Assembly (NCBI GenBank): GCA_947475315.1
Contig: CANJMY010000010.1
Span: 1-59,487, forward strand
Origin: Pseudomonadota bacterium
GTDB lineage: Bacteria > Myxococcota_A > UBA796 > GCA-2862545
Length of the DNA stretch: 59,487 nucleotides
Direction: 5' to 3'
The notes under the pieces are model-generated. The model did no database searches. It saw only the letters and a list, made by a program, of their open reading frames with translations, and had not been told where the DNA came from. The position numbers were made by a program, and so were the translations under genes. This document shows positions 1 through 9,859 of the stretch, in pieces (position 1 is the first letter of the stretch; every line of letters begins with the position of its first letter).

Positions 1-2
1 AC

Positions 3-896
3 GACCTCGGCCTGGACCTGAAGTTCCGCCCTGGCCCCGAGCTCGACATCGTCCCGGGTGGCGGCTGGTCCTACCACGACTACCGGATCCCGGGCGTCAC
101 CGGCCAGGTGCCGTTCGACAACCGGAACACGTACGAGGCGCGCCTGGGGCTCGCATGGCGCTTCTTCCCGAACACCGCGTTGGTGGTGGACGCCTCCTAC
201 GCGTTCAACCGCTGGGACCAGCACTGGATCCCGACGGGCGACGCGGGCACCGCCGCCGACCCGGACACCGGTCAGGCTGGCGCCGTAGGCGAGTACCTCG
301 CGCTCCCGGACTCCGACTTCCTCAAGGCCAGCACCGGCATCCGCGGTCGCCTCGGTCGCAACGTGCTGCTCGTCCTGACGGCGGGCTGGGGCTTCGGCAA
401 GTACGACGTCGCGTCCGTGGTCGACGAGGCCAACGCGAACGGCGGTGTGGCGACGGAAGCGGACGGCGCGGCGGTCGGCTTCGACGCGAACGTCACGCCG
501 GTCGAGGGCATCCTGGTGAGCGCCCGCGTGTCGTCGAACTTTGGCTTCGACGACAAGCAGAAGTTCGGCCAGAAGCTGACGTTCGAGTACCGCAAGGACT
601 TCGAGGACTCGTTCTTCACCAACTACGTGGCGGAGAACCACCTCAAGCTGTTCTTGGAGAGCCGGTTCGGCCAGTACGTGAACACGCGCTTTGAGGGCAG
701 CGTCCGGTTTGAGAGCTACGCCGGTGAGGTCACCCGTCGCGACATCTTCGCGAAGGTGGACGGCGCGCTGAACCTGACGCCCACGCGCTACCTGACGTTC
801 CAGGTCGGCGGCTACTGGGCGCGTCGTCAGTCCAGCGACCCCGGCGTCGAGTATGACAACGTTCAGGGACGTTTTCTTGCGACGTTCGCGTACTAG
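3..896 (+). CDS. Outer-membrane beta-barrel-like protein, 5' partial (frame is open to the window edge)
   Basis: ORF 108..896 continues without a stop back to base 3. Aromatic-rich alternating pattern with a C-terminal ...ATFAY (terminal aromatic) typical of OM beta-barrels. No recognisable family. Confidence 0.45.
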   Translation, partial: DLGLDLKFRPGPELDIVPGGGWSYHDYRIPGVTGQVPFDNRNTYEARLGLAWRFFPNTALVVDASYAFNRWDQHWIPTGDAGTAADPDTGQAGAVGEYLALPDSDFLKASTGIRGRLGRNVLLVLTAGWGFGKYDVASVVDEANANGGVATEADGAAVGFDANVTPVEGILVSARVSSNFGFDDKQKFGQKLTFEYRKDFEDSFFTNYVAENHLKLFLESRFGQYVNTRFEGSVRFESYAGEVTRRDIFAKVDGALNLTPTRYLTFQVGGYWARRQSSDPGVEYDNVQGRFLATFAY

Positions 897-971
897 CAGG
901 CGATGATGTGGGCGCCCGGGCGTGTTCTACGTCGGATGCGCAGCAGGACGCCGGGTCCAGCGGAGGGTCGG

Positions 972-1742
972 ATGCTTCGGGTGTGGAGCTTGGTGCTTGG
1001 CTTGATGCCGCTGTCGGCGTTTGCCGCGGACTACCAGGTGGGTCCCGGCGACTCGCTCTCGGTGCTGGTTTACGACGAGCCCACGTTGTCCGCCGACGTG
1101 GTCGTCAGCGAGACGTGCACGATCACGCTCGCGCTGATTGGCCGGGTGGAGGCCTGCGGTCACTCGACGGCCGAGCTCGAGGCGAACATCGCGGGCCAGT
1201 ACGCTGCCGGCTACCTGGTCAACCCGAACGTCGCGGTGAAGGTAGCTCGCTACCACAGCCAGCGCGTCGACGTGCTGGGCGAGGTCCAGAAGCGCGGGCC
1301 GCTCTACCTGGAAGGCCAGACCAGCCTAGTCGAGGTGGTCAGCCTCGCCGGCGGCCCCACGGCCGACAACGTCGTCACCGTCGAGGTCGTCTCGGAGGAC
1401 GGCTCCTCACACATCTACGACCTGCGCGAGCTCACCACGAGCGGTCAGGCGGTGTGGGTGCTCCCCGGTGACAAGGTCATGCTGCGCCCGGGCGAGCTGG
1501 TCTACATCGAGGGCCAGATCAAGCGCCCCGGCGTGGTCACCCTCAACGAGGGCCTGACGGTCACGCAGGCGCTCACGCTGGCGGGCGGCTCGGACGAGTA
1601 CGCCAACCTGCGCCGGGTCGTGCTGCGCCACGCCGACGGCACCAAGGAGATCGTGAACGCGTTCAAGGCCGCCCGCGGCGCTAGCGCCGATCCGGTCCTC
1701 AAGGCCGATGACCACGTCATCGTGCCCCGAGGCGCCTTCTAG
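972..1742 (+). CDS. Polysaccharide export protein (Wza/Poly_export + SLBB family)
   Basis: Signal peptide MLRVWSLVLGLMPLSAFA followed by the YQVGPGDSLSVLVYDEP Poly_export motif. Length is family-typical at ~256 aa. Upstream Met codons at 903/906 are less likely starts. Confidence 0.7.
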   Translation: MLRVWSLVLGLMPLSAFAADYQVGPGDSLSVLVYDEPTLSADVVVSETCTITLALIGRVEACGHSTAELEANIAGQYAAGYLVNPNVAVKVARYHSQRVDVLGEVQKRGPLYLEGQTSLVEVVSLAGGPTADNVVTVEVVSEDGSSHIYDLRELTTSGQAVWVLPGDKVMLRPGELVYIEGQIKRPGVVTLNEGLTVTQALTLAGGSDEYANLRRVVLRHADGTKEIVNAFKAARGASADPVLKADDHVIVPRGAF

Positions 1743-2713
1743 CGCTTGCCGTAGCGGGGGCTCTGGTACCAGCCCCACGCGTCGCGGATGACCGTCTCCA
1801 GGTCGCGCGTGGCGCGCCAGCCCAGATCCACGTAGGCGCGTGATGCATCGGCGACAAGCATGGGCGGGTCGCCATCGCGGGCGGGGCCGAGCGTGCGGGC
1901 GACGCGGTGCCCGGTGACGCGCTCGATGGTGTCCATCACCTCGAACACGCTCGCGCCGTGTGCGGTGCCCAGGTTCCACGCGCCGCCCGGGTGACCGGCC
2001 AGCATGCGGTCGAGCGCGCGCAGGTGCGCGTCGGCCAGGTCCTCGACGTGCACGTAGTCCCGCACGCAGGTTCCGTCCGGGGTGGGGTGCTCGGTGCCGA
2101 ACACGGTCATCGGACGGCCGGTGGCGGCGGCCTCGAGCGCCAGCGGGATGAGGTGCGTCTCGGGGAAGTGGCTCTCGCCGAGCGAGCCGTCGGACGCCGC
2201 ACCCGCGGCGTTGAAGTAGCGCAGGCACGTGACGCGCATGTCGTTGGCCGGGCGCGCGAGCGCCAGGATGCGCTCCACGACGGCCTTGGTCTCACCGTAG
2301 GGGGAGATGGGCGCGTGGGGAAGGTCCTCGTCGAGCGGCACGCGCGCGGGGCGCCCGTAAATCGCGCACGTGGACGAGAAGACCAGCACCTTGCACCCAT
2401 GGGCGCGCATCGCCTCCAGCAGGGTGAGGGTGCCGCCGACGTTCACATCGAAGTAGCCGACCGGGTCCTCGTTAGACTCGCCGACGCTCATGCGCGCCGC
2501 GAAGTGCAGGACCGCGTCGAACCCACGGGCGAGGACGGCGTCGAGCGCCGGTCGATCGCGCAGATCGCCGACGACCAGCTCGCCGGAGACCGCCTCTCGG
2601 TGCCCGCCGGCCAGCGAGTCGAACACCACCACGTCGTGTCCGGCCTGCCGCGCCGCCCGCGCGCACACCGCGCCGACGTACCCGGCTCCGCCTGTGATCA
2701 ACAATTTGGCCAT
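1739..2713 (-). CDS. galE: UDP-glucose 4-epimerase
   Basis: N-terminal Rossmann LITGGAGYVG, the YFNAAGA motif, and the SDR extended-family layout. Confidence 0.85.
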   Translation of the reverse strand: MAKLLITGGAGYVGAVCARAARQAGHDVVVFDSLAGGHREAVSGELVVGDLRDRPALDAVLARGFDAVLHFAARMSVGESNEDPVGYFDVNVGGTLTLLEAMRAHGCKVLVFSSTCAIYGRPARVPLDEDLPHAPISPYGETKAVVERILALARPANDMRVTCLRYFNAAGAASDGSLGESHFPETHLIPLALEAAATGRPMTVFGTEHPTPDGTCVRDYVHVEDLADAHLRALDRMLAGHPGGAWNLGTAHGASVFEVMDTIERVTGHRVARTLGPARDGDPPMLVADASRAYVDLGWRATRDLETVIRDAWGWYQSPRYGKR

Positions 2714-2841
2714 GATCGACACCCCTCAAATGAGCCGCAGATCTAACTCATCGCGGAGCGCGGGGACCAGGACCTCGAAAGTCACTTGAAGTGTTCCCAT
2801 GACACGTCAAGAGGTGCTATGATCTCGGCGCGAGCGCGATC

Positions 2842-5800
2842 ATGAACGGAACGACCACCAAAAATCGTGACCCCGAATTGGCTGCGACGGCGAAGCGGCC
2901 GGTCAAGCCAAAGCCCGCTCCGGCGGGTACGGCGGCTCCCACCGCGCAGGGCGGAGCTGCGCCCGCAGCGCCGCGTCCCAAGACCGTCCGCCTCAAGCGC
3001 GAGACCCCGCCGCCCACGTCCGTCGGTACGGTCGTGACCAGCGTCGTCACCACCGTGCAGGGCGCCGTGTCCGAGCACCGTCGCGAGCTGCTGCTGATCG
3101 GCGCGCTCGGCTCGGCCGCGTTCACCGCGGTCGCGCTGGTCGGCTGGTCCGCGCAAGACCCGACCTGGGCCCACCCCGTGCTGGACGCGACGGTGGTGGT
3201 CACAAACCCGTGCGGCCCGCTGGGCGCGAACGTGGCGGACCTGCTGTACCGTTCGATCGGCTACGGCGCGTGGGCGCCCGTGGCGCTCGGCTTGGTCGTG
3301 CCGGTCTATGTTCTCGCGCGTCGACCGCTGGTGCCGTGGCCCAAGGCCCTGATGAGCGGCTGGCTGTGGCTGATGACGCTCGGCTTCATGGAGCTGACCT
3401 TCGGCCCGGCGGCCGAGATCGAGCTTCGCCCCGGTGGCCTGCTGGGCGCGTGGGTGTGCAACTCGCTGACCGGCGTGGTCGGCGTGGTCGGCGCGTCCAT
3501 CACGCTCGTCGCCACCATCGTCAGCACCGGCGGCCTGCTCGCCGGCGTGTCCTGGAGCTCCGTCGCCCACCGCGTGCTCGGTCGGGTCGAGGCCGAGCTC
3601 CCGGCGGTCAAGGAGAAGGCGGTCGCTGCGAGCGGTCAGGTCGGCGGCCTCGCGGTCGGTGGCGCCAAGGGTGTGGGGCGTGGCGTGTTTGGCCTGCTGG
3701 TCCGCATCGGCGACGTGTCGATCGGCTCCGTGAAGGGCATGTTCCGCGGCGCGAACACGGTGGTCGCGCGCGCCAAGGACGCGGTCACCCGCACGGACGC
3801 GGACGAGGACGACGGCGCTTGGAGCGCGTCGGGGCTGATCGAGCCGGAGCGCGCCAAGGGGGCTGTGCTGCCGGTGCTCGCGCAGGTTCCTGCGTTCGCG
3901 GGCCCCGACACCGAGGTCGACGATGACACGGCGCCCTCGGCCGAGGTCGCCTGGGAGCCCACCCGCGCTGAGGCCGGGCAGGTGCTTCAGCTCTTCCCGG
4001 AGCTTGGCCGCCGCCGCAAGGGCGACGGGCCCCACGCGGAAGACATGGACGAGCCGGTCCGCGTGGCTCGCCGCGCGCCCGTGGCCCCCGCGGCTGCGCC
4101 CGCGCTGGCCGACGTCGCCGCCACGCCCCGCCGTCCGACGCGTCGCGCCAAGGTCGTGGTCGCCGCGGTGCACGAACCGCGCACGCTCGCCCCGGCGGAC
4201 GACTCCGACGTGGACGACGACGAGGTCGAGACCGGCTCGTTCCCGGCCGTGGTGTCTGCGCTCGCCTCGAACCACCGCCCGGAGGACGACCCCTTCGAGG
4301 CGATCGACCCTGCCAACATGCCCACCACCGCCGAGCACCGCCCGGTGGCCATGGACATCCGCGTGGAGCCGGCCAGCGGCCTGCAGACCTCGCCCAAGAC
4401 CGATGACGGCCAGTCCGTGTCGGACCGTGGCTCGCTGTTCTTCGAGCTGCCGCCGCTCTCGCTGCTCGACCCGGTCCCGGAGCAGACCGCCTACATCGAC
4501 GAGGACGCGCTGCGCCGCATGGCCGGCACCGTCGAGGAGGCGCTCGCCAGCTTCAAGGTCACGGGCAAGGTCACCGACGTGCGCGTTGGCCCTGTCGTCA
4601 CGATCTTCGAGTTCCAGCCGGACCCGGGCATCATGGTGCGCCGCGTGTCCAACCTCGCCGACGACCTGGCGATGGTGCTCAAGGCCCGCAGCGTGCGCGT
4701 CGTGGCCCCCATCCCCGGCAAGGGCGTGGTCGGCATCGAGATCCCCAGCCAGGACCGCCTGACCATCTACCTGCGCGAGCTGCTCGCCAGCACAGAGTTC
4801 CGGACGTCTGACGCGGACCTCCCCGTCGTGCTCGGCAAGGACGTCGAGGGCCGACCGGTCGTCGACGATCTGGCGAAGATGCCGCACCTGCTCGTCGGCG
4901 GCACCACAGGCTCGGGCAAGTCGGTCGGCGTCAACGCGATGCTGATGTCGCTGCTCTACACCCGCACCCCCGAAGAGCTGCGCCTGATCCTGGTCGACCC
5001 GAAGAAGCTCGAGTTCGAGGCCTACTCGGGCGTGCCGCACCTGCTTCACCCGGTCATCACCGACCCGCAGATCGCGGCCGCCGCGTTGGCCTGGGCCTGC
5101 CGCGAGATGGACCGCCGCTACGAGTTGCTGGCCCGCTGGGGCACCCGCAACATCTCCGGTTACAACAAGAAGGTCGCCCGCGAGCTCAAGAGCTGGAGCG
5201 CCGAGAAGGCCCGCAGCTACGCGCCCGCCGACTGGCCCGACGAGATCCCGCCGCCCAAGGCCGAGTCGCTGCCCTTCATCGTCATCGTCATCGATGAGCT
5301 CGCCGACCTGATGATGGTCGCCAAGAAGGACGTGCAGGACAGCATCGTCCGCCTCACGCAGATGGCCCGCGCCTGCGGCATGCACCTTATCTGCGCCACG
5401 CAGCGCCCGTCCGTCGACGTGGTCACGGGCCTGATCAAGGCGAACATGCCCACGCGCATCGCCTTCAAGCTGCGCTCGGTCATCGACTCCCGCACCATCC
5501 TCGATCAGGGCGGCGCTGAGAAGCTGCTCGGTCGCGGCGACCTGCTCTGGCTCCCGGGCGCGGGCGAGGTCCGTCGCGTGCACGGCCCGTTCGTCTCGGA
5601 CGACGAGGTCCACCGCCTGATCGCGTTCCTCCGCGCGCAGCGTGATCCCGAGTACATCGAGACGCTCCGTCCCGTTTCGTCCGGAGATGGCGAGGACGCC
5701 CTCTTCGACGACCCCGAGATGCAGGACGATCTCTATGACCAGGCCCTGCAGATCGTGGTCGAGAAGGGCAAGGCCAGCACGTCGATGGTGCAGCGCCACC

Positions 5801-5913
5801 TCAAGATCGGGTACAACCGCGCCGCGCGTCTGATCGACGCGATGGAGGCTGCCGGGGTGGTCGGCCCGGCCGATGGCGCCCGTCCGCGCGAAGTGCTACT
5901 TGGGCAGCGTTAA
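2842..5913 (+). CDS. ftsK: DNA translocase FtsK/SpoIIIE
   Basis: N-terminal TM segments, a long Pro/Ala-rich linker, motor domain with Walker A VGGTTGSGKSVGVN, and a C-terminal winged-helix gamma domain (MVQRHLKIGYNRAARLID). Confidence 0.9.
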   Translation: MNGTTTKNRDPELAATAKRPVKPKPAPAGTAAPTAQGGAAPAAPRPKTVRLKRETPPPTSVGTVVTSVVTTVQGAVSEHRRELLLIGALGSAAFTAVALVGWSAQDPTWAHPVLDATVVVTNPCGPLGANVADLLYRSIGYGAWAPVALGLVVPVYVLARRPLVPWPKALMSGWLWLMTLGFMELTFGPAAEIELRPGGLLGAWVCNSLTGVVGVVGASITLVATIVSTGGLLAGVSWSSVAHRVLGRVEAELPAVKEKAVAASGQVGGLAVGGAKGVGRGVFGLLVRIGDVSIGSVKGMFRGANTVVARAKDAVTRTDADEDDGAWSASGLIEPERAKGAVLPVLAQVPAFAGPDTEVDDDTAPSAEVAWEPTRAEAGQVLQLFPELGRRRKGDGPHAEDMDEPVRVARRAPVAPAAAPALADVAATPRRPTRRAKVVVAAVHEPRTLAPADDSDVDDDEVETGSFPAVVSALASNHRPEDDPFEAIDPANMPTTAEHRPVAMDIRVEPASGLQTSPKTDDGQSVSDRGSLFFELPPLSLLDPVPEQTAYIDEDALRRMAGTVEEALASFKVTGKVTDVRVGPVVTIFEFQPDPGIMVRRVSNLADDLAMVLKARSVRVVAPIPGKGVVGIEIPSQDRLTIYLRELLASTEFRTSDADLPVVLGKDVEGRPVVDDLAKMPHLLVGGTTGSGKSVGVNAMLMSLLYTRTPEELRLILVDPKKLEFEAYSGVPHLLHPVITDPQIAAAALAWACREMDRRYELLARWGTRNISGYNKKVARELKSWSAEKARSYAPADWPDEIPPPKAESLPFIVIVIDELADLMMVAKKDVQDSIVRLTQMARACGMHLICATQRPSVDVVTGLIKANMPTRIAFKLRSVIDSRTILDQGGAEKLLGRGDLLWLPGAGEVRRVHGPFVSDDEVHRLIAFLRAQRDPEYIETLRPVSSGDGEDALFDDPEMQDDLYDQALQIVVEKGKASTSMVQRHLKIGYNRAARLIDAMEAAGVVGPADGARPREVLLGQR

Positions 5914-6024
5914 GAAACCGACGTGCGGGTCTTTTTGAGGCCCAGGTTGAATGCCCCGGCCTCTGCACCGTCTGACCTTCGAGCGGACTTGACCCGCCTG
6001 ACCCATGGACCCCAGGAGCACCTG

Positions 6025-6696
6025 ATGGCCCTTCGCCCCCTCAAGCAGATCTTCGGTTCGCTGTTCGTCACCGTCGGCATGATGTCCGCGCTCGTGGTCG
6101 TCCCCACGCACGCCACCACCGCATACGCCGTGACCGCCGCAGACCTGATCAAGGCTGTGGAGACCAAGTACAAGTCGGTCGCCGGTCTGCGCGCCTCGTT
6201 CACCCAGATCTCGCGCAACGCCGTGTTCGGCGACGAGACGGTGACCGGCATCATCACGGTGAAGCGCCCGGCCAAGATGCGTTGGGAGTTCGGCAAGGAC
6301 AAGCTGTTCATCACCAACGGCAGCAAGCTCTGGATCTACACCGTCGCCGACAAGCAGGTCATCCAGTACGACGATCTGTCGTCCGGCCAGACCACGGCGG
6401 AGTCTCTGCTTGGCAGCCTCGACAAGCTGACCAGCATGTTCAAGATCACCGTCGTGAAGTCCGATGCCACCGGCAACGTACTCGACATGATCCCCAACGA
6501 GGAGGGCCAGTTCAAGCGCGTCCGCCTCACGCTCGACGCCGCGCTGCTCATCAAGCAGGTCATCATCACCGACACGTTCGACAACGTGACCGAGATGAAC
6601 TTCACCGCCGTGCAGCTCAACCCCGCCATCGACGACGCGATCTTCGAGTTCCGCGTCCCCGCGGGCGTCGACGTGGTCCGCGCCACCACGAACTGA
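6025..6696 (+). CDS. lolA: Outer-membrane lipoprotein carrier LolA-like
   Basis: Signal peptide plus a ~200 aa LolA-like beta-sandwich. It sits immediately after ftsK, as in the E. coli ftsK-lolA arrangement. Confidence 0.7.
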   Translation: MALRPLKQIFGSLFVTVGMMSALVVVPTHATTAYAVTAADLIKAVETKYKSVAGLRASFTQISRNAVFGDETVTGIITVKRPAKMRWEFGKDKLFITNGSKLWIYTVADKQVIQYDDLSSGQTTAESLLGSLDKLTSMFKITVVKSDATGNVLDMIPNEEGQFKRVRLTLDAALLIKQVIITDTFDNVTEMNFTAVQLNPAIDDAIFEFRVPAGVDVVRATTN

Positions 6697-6753
6697 TCTG
6701 GCGGCCAGCGCCGGCCCCGTGTGGCGGCGACCCTTGGGCGCCCTCGTTCGTGC

Positions 6754-8061
6754 TCAGCGCGCCTTGTGCGCCAGGTCCAGCGCGGCCGCCAGCTGGGGGT
6801 CGTGCGCCAGCCGCTCGGGCACCGACGCTTCCCACGGGATGTCGGTGTGCAGCGCTTTGAGCTCCACGTCCGGGAGCTGCGCCACCAGCGCCAGCATCTC
6901 GGCGCGCTTGGGCGTCGCCTCGTCCAGCGCGGCCAGATCGTCGATCAGGCGGGCGCGGGGCGAGCCGTCGCTCGGCCAGGGGACGACCACGTCCGGCGCG
7001 CGGCCCTCCTTGGTGGCGACCGGCTTTCCGGACGGCGTGTAGTACCGACCGACCGTCAGCTTGAGCGCGGAGCCGTCCCGGTGCTCGAAGATCTGCTGGA
7101 CCGTGCCCTTGCCGTAGGTGTGCGTGCCCACGAGCTTGCCGCGGCCCGTGTCCTGCAGCGCGCCCGCCACGACCTCGGACGCCGACGCCGACAGGCCGTT
7201 CACGATGACGATCACCGGCTGCGTGTAGCCGCCCGGCGTGGCGCGGTGCTCCTGCCGCTCCGACTCGACGCGGCCCCAGGTCGACACGATCACGCCCGTG
7301 TCGAGGAACAGGTCGGCGACCGAGATCGCCTCCTTCAGCAGCCCGCCGGGGTCATCGCGCAGGTCGAGCACGATCGCCTTGAAGCCGCCTTCCTTCGAGA
7401 ACTTGTCGAGCGCCGCCGTCAGCTCCGCCGCCGCGCCCTCCTGAAACTGCGTGATGTGCGCGTAGACCACGTCGGCGTCAAGCCGGACTGTGGACACGGC
7501 GGGCGTGCGGACCTGGTCGCGCACCGTCTGGATGGTGGCCGGGGCCGTGGCGCCGGCGCGGAGCACCTGGAGCGTGGCCGCCTCACCGCGTGGGCCGAGC
7601 AGCGCGCCCTCCACCGCGCCTTGGTCAGACCCGTCGAGCGCGCGACCGTCGATCGACAGGATGGTGTCGCCGACGCTGACGCCGTCCCGGCTGGCGGGGC
7701 TTCCAGGCATCACGCGGGTGACCTGGGCGCCGTGCTCGGTGAGCTTCACCTCGACGCCGATGCCCGTGTAGGTGCCCCAGGTCTCGTTCTGCATGGCGCG
7801 CCAGGTGTTGGCGTCCATCCACTGCGAGTGGGGGTCGAGGTGGTCGACCATCCCGTCGATCGCCGAGCTGACGAGCTGATCGGTGGGCAGGTCGTCGACG
7901 TAGCGGCTCTGGACCAGCCCGAGCACCCGCACCAGCGTGTCGACGGGCGCGTAGGGGTCGGTGGTGTTGTCGGCCGCGGCCGTGGCGGTCCAGGCGCCCG
8001 TGAGCAGGCCGCCCGTGAACAGCGCGATCACCCCTGCGGTCGCTCGATGGTTCGCGTGCAT
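6754..8061 (-). CDS. ctpA: C-terminal processing protease (peptidase S41, PDZ domain)
   Basis: PDZ motif GDTILSIDGRAL, S41 core VIVIVNGLSASASEVVAGALQD, and the catalytic Ser/Lys region. The start could instead be the upstream Met at 8115. Confidence 0.85.
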   Translation of the reverse strand: MHANHRATAGVIALFTGGLLTGAWTATAAADNTTDPYAPVDTLVRVLGLVQSRYVDDLPTDQLVSSAIDGMVDHLDPHSQWMDANTWRAMQNETWGTYTGIGVEVKLTEHGAQVTRVMPGSPASRDGVSVGDTILSIDGRALDGSDQGAVEGALLGPRGEAATLQVLRAGATAPATIQTVRDQVRTPAVSTVRLDADVVYAHITQFQEGAAAELTAALDKFSKEGGFKAIVLDLRDDPGGLLKEAISVADLFLDTGVIVSTWGRVESERQEHRATPGGYTQPVIVIVNGLSASASEVVAGALQDTGRGKLVGTHTYGKGTVQQIFEHRDGSALKLTVGRYYTPSGKPVATKEGRAPDVVVPWPSDGSPRARLIDDLAALDEATPKRAEMLALVAQLPDVELKALHTDIPWEASVPERLAHDPQLAAALDLAHKAR

Positions 8062-8118
8062 GGCCCCTCGACATGCCCCTAACCGCCGCTTGGCGCTCAG
8101 GGACATGTCGGCCACCCG

Positions 8119-8331
8119 CTAGACGTCCAACCACCAGCTCAGCAGCCGCCCCAAGGCCAATTGAAAGACGACGGTCACCGACACGAACCCGACGATCACG
8201 CGCGCGTAGTGCGCACGGGTGTCCGCAGACACCTCGACCGCGGGGGTCGGGTCGATCGAGGGCGGCGGGCGCAGGGTGATGCGCACGTCGCCGAGCGTCG
8301 GCTCGGTCTCCGGCTGATCCAGCAAGAACAT
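8119..8331 (-). CDS. Small hypothetical protein with a C-terminal TM segment
   Basis: 70-aa ORF from MFLLDQPETEP with a hydrophobic C-terminus VIVGFVSVTVVFQLALGRLL. It fills the ctpA-murI gap; there is no homology evidence. Confidence 0.3.
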   Translation of the reverse strand: MFLLDQPETEPTLGDVRITLRPPPSIDPTPAVEVSADTRAHYARVIVGFVSVTVVFQLALGRLLSWWLDV

Positions 8332-8455
8332 GATGGCCCCCCCTGTACGTAGGACCACGGATTGCGCCGCGTCCGTACATCGGATCCTGTGCGAATCCGT
8401 TCGAAGGGTGACCGATGGATCGCGAGATCGCAACAGTCCGTAATTCCAGACTGGG

Positions 8456-9259
8456 CTAGGGCTCGATGAAAGGAGGGGATGCAGGTCCGATATCGACCCA
8501 GGTTACGGGGTCGGGCGCGTAGCCAAGAAAACGTGAGCCGACCTCGCGAAACCGCTCCACGTTGTCCGTGACCCGGTACTCGACGGTGCCCGCGCCATCA
8601 CCGGGCCCCAGCGCCTCCAGGACGGCGGCCGCGGTGGCGCGCGCTGAGTCCACCAGCACCGTTCCCGGCAGCACCTCAGCGAGCGTCGACACCAGCAGCG
8701 GGTAGTGCGTGCAGCCCAAGATGGCGACGTCGGCCTTGCCGCGCAGCGCGCCCAGGTAGGTCTCGGCGATCAGCAGGGGGACCTGCCCGTCGGTCCAGCC
8801 CTCCTCGACCAGCGGCACGAACATGGGGCAGGGGACGGCGAACACCGGGATGGACGGGTCGCGCGCGGCGATCGCGCGCTGGTACGACCCAGCGGTGATG
8901 GTGCCAGGCGTGCCGAGCACGGCGACCGCGCCGCCGCGACGCGCCGCCAGCGCCGCGTTGACGCCCGGCTCCACGACGCCGAACACAGGGATGCCGAGCG
9001 TGTCCGCCGCCTCGCGCAGCGCGGGCAGCGCGTGCGTGGTGGCGGTGTTGCAGGCCACGACGAGCGCGTCCACGCCCTCGTCGACTAGGTAGGACGCGAC
9101 GCGCAGCGAGTAGCGCACGACGGTGATCGGCGAGCGGGTGCCGTACGGGATGCGCGCCGTGTCGCCCAAGTAGAGCAGGTCGTGGCCGGGCACCGCCTCG
9201 CGCAGCGCGCGCAGCACCGTGAGTCCGCCAATGCCTGAGTCGAACACGCCGATCCGCAC
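8456..9259 (-). CDS. murI: Glutamate racemase
   Basis: VRIGVFDSGIGGLTVL, VVACNTATT and the second Cys region are all present. The start is set at the GTG giving VRIGVF, because nadD starts at 9326 on the other strand and the longer ORF's N-terminus is Arg-rich junk. Confidence 0.85.
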   Translation of the reverse strand: MRIGVFDSGIGGLTVLRALREAVPGHDLLYLGDTARIPYGTRSPITVVRYSLRVASYLVDEGVDALVVACNTATTHALPALREAADTLGIPVFGVVEPGVNAALAARRGGAVAVLGTPGTITAGSYQRAIAARDPSIPVFAVPCPMFVPLVEEGWTDGQVPLLIAETYLGALRGKADVAILGCTHYPLLVSTLAEVLPGTVLVDSARATAAAVLEALGPGDGAGTVEYRVTDNVERFREVGSRFLGYAPDPVTWVDIGPASPPFIEP

Positions 9260-9325
9260 GCCGCCTCCGCCGCCGGGCGCACGCCCGGGGAGTGGTTGCG
9301 TTAACGTGAACCGCGGAGGCTGGGC

Positions 9326-9859
9326 ATGCGCGTCGCGGTCTACGGCGGCAGCTTCTTCCCGCCGCACGTCGGCCACGGGATGGTGGCGGCTTGGCTGCGC
9401 TGGGCAGACAGGGTCGACGAGGTGTGGCTGGTCCCCACCTTCACGCACCCGTTTGGCAAGCGTCTGGCGCCCTTCGAGGACCGCCTGCGCTGGGCGGAGG
9501 CGCTCGCCAGCACGGTGGGCCCCTGGGTGAAGGTGAGCGACATCGAGCGGCAGCTCGGTGGCACCAGCTACACGGTGCTCACCCTGGACGCGCTCGCCGC
9601 CGCGCACGCCGAGCATGAATTCCGCCTGGTGATCGGCGCGGACCTGCTGGAGTCGACCTGGCAGTGGCACGAGTGGGAGCGCCTGGCCGACACCTACCGT
9701 CCGATCGTCGTGGGCCGCGCGGGCTGGCCGGACGTGCCCGGCGCGCCGACGTTCCCCGACGTGTCGTCGACGATGATCCGCGCGCGGATCGTAGCCGACG
9801 AAGACGTGAGCGCGTGGGTGCCCGCCGCCGTGCTCGACGCCATGGCGGACAAGGCGTGA
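9326..9859 (+). CDS. nadD: Nicotinate-nucleotide adenylyltransferase
   Basis: GGSFFPPHVGHG (the (H/T)xGH nucleotidyltransferase motif) and a NadD-like length. Confidence 0.8.
   Translation: MRVAVYGGSFFPPHVGHGMVAAWLRWADRVDEVWLVPTFTHPFGKRLAPFEDRLRWAEALASTVGPWVKVSDIERQLGGTSYTVLTLDALAAAHAEHEFRLVIGADLLESTWQWHEWERLADTYRPIVVGRAGWPDVPGAPTFPDVSSTMIRARIVADEDVSAWVPAAVLDAMADKA

Noticed and set aside
2782-5799. 1005-aa ORF on the minus strand opposite ftsK
   Set aside because: It is antisense to a gene with unambiguous FtsK motifs, and its translation is Arg/Ala/Gly/His-rich low-complexity sequence, typical of spurious frames in ~70% GC DNA.
6721-8082. 453-aa plus-strand ORF co-extensive with ctpA
   Set aside because: It is a mirror frame of the S41 protease gene, which carries the PDZ and S41 motifs on the minus strand.
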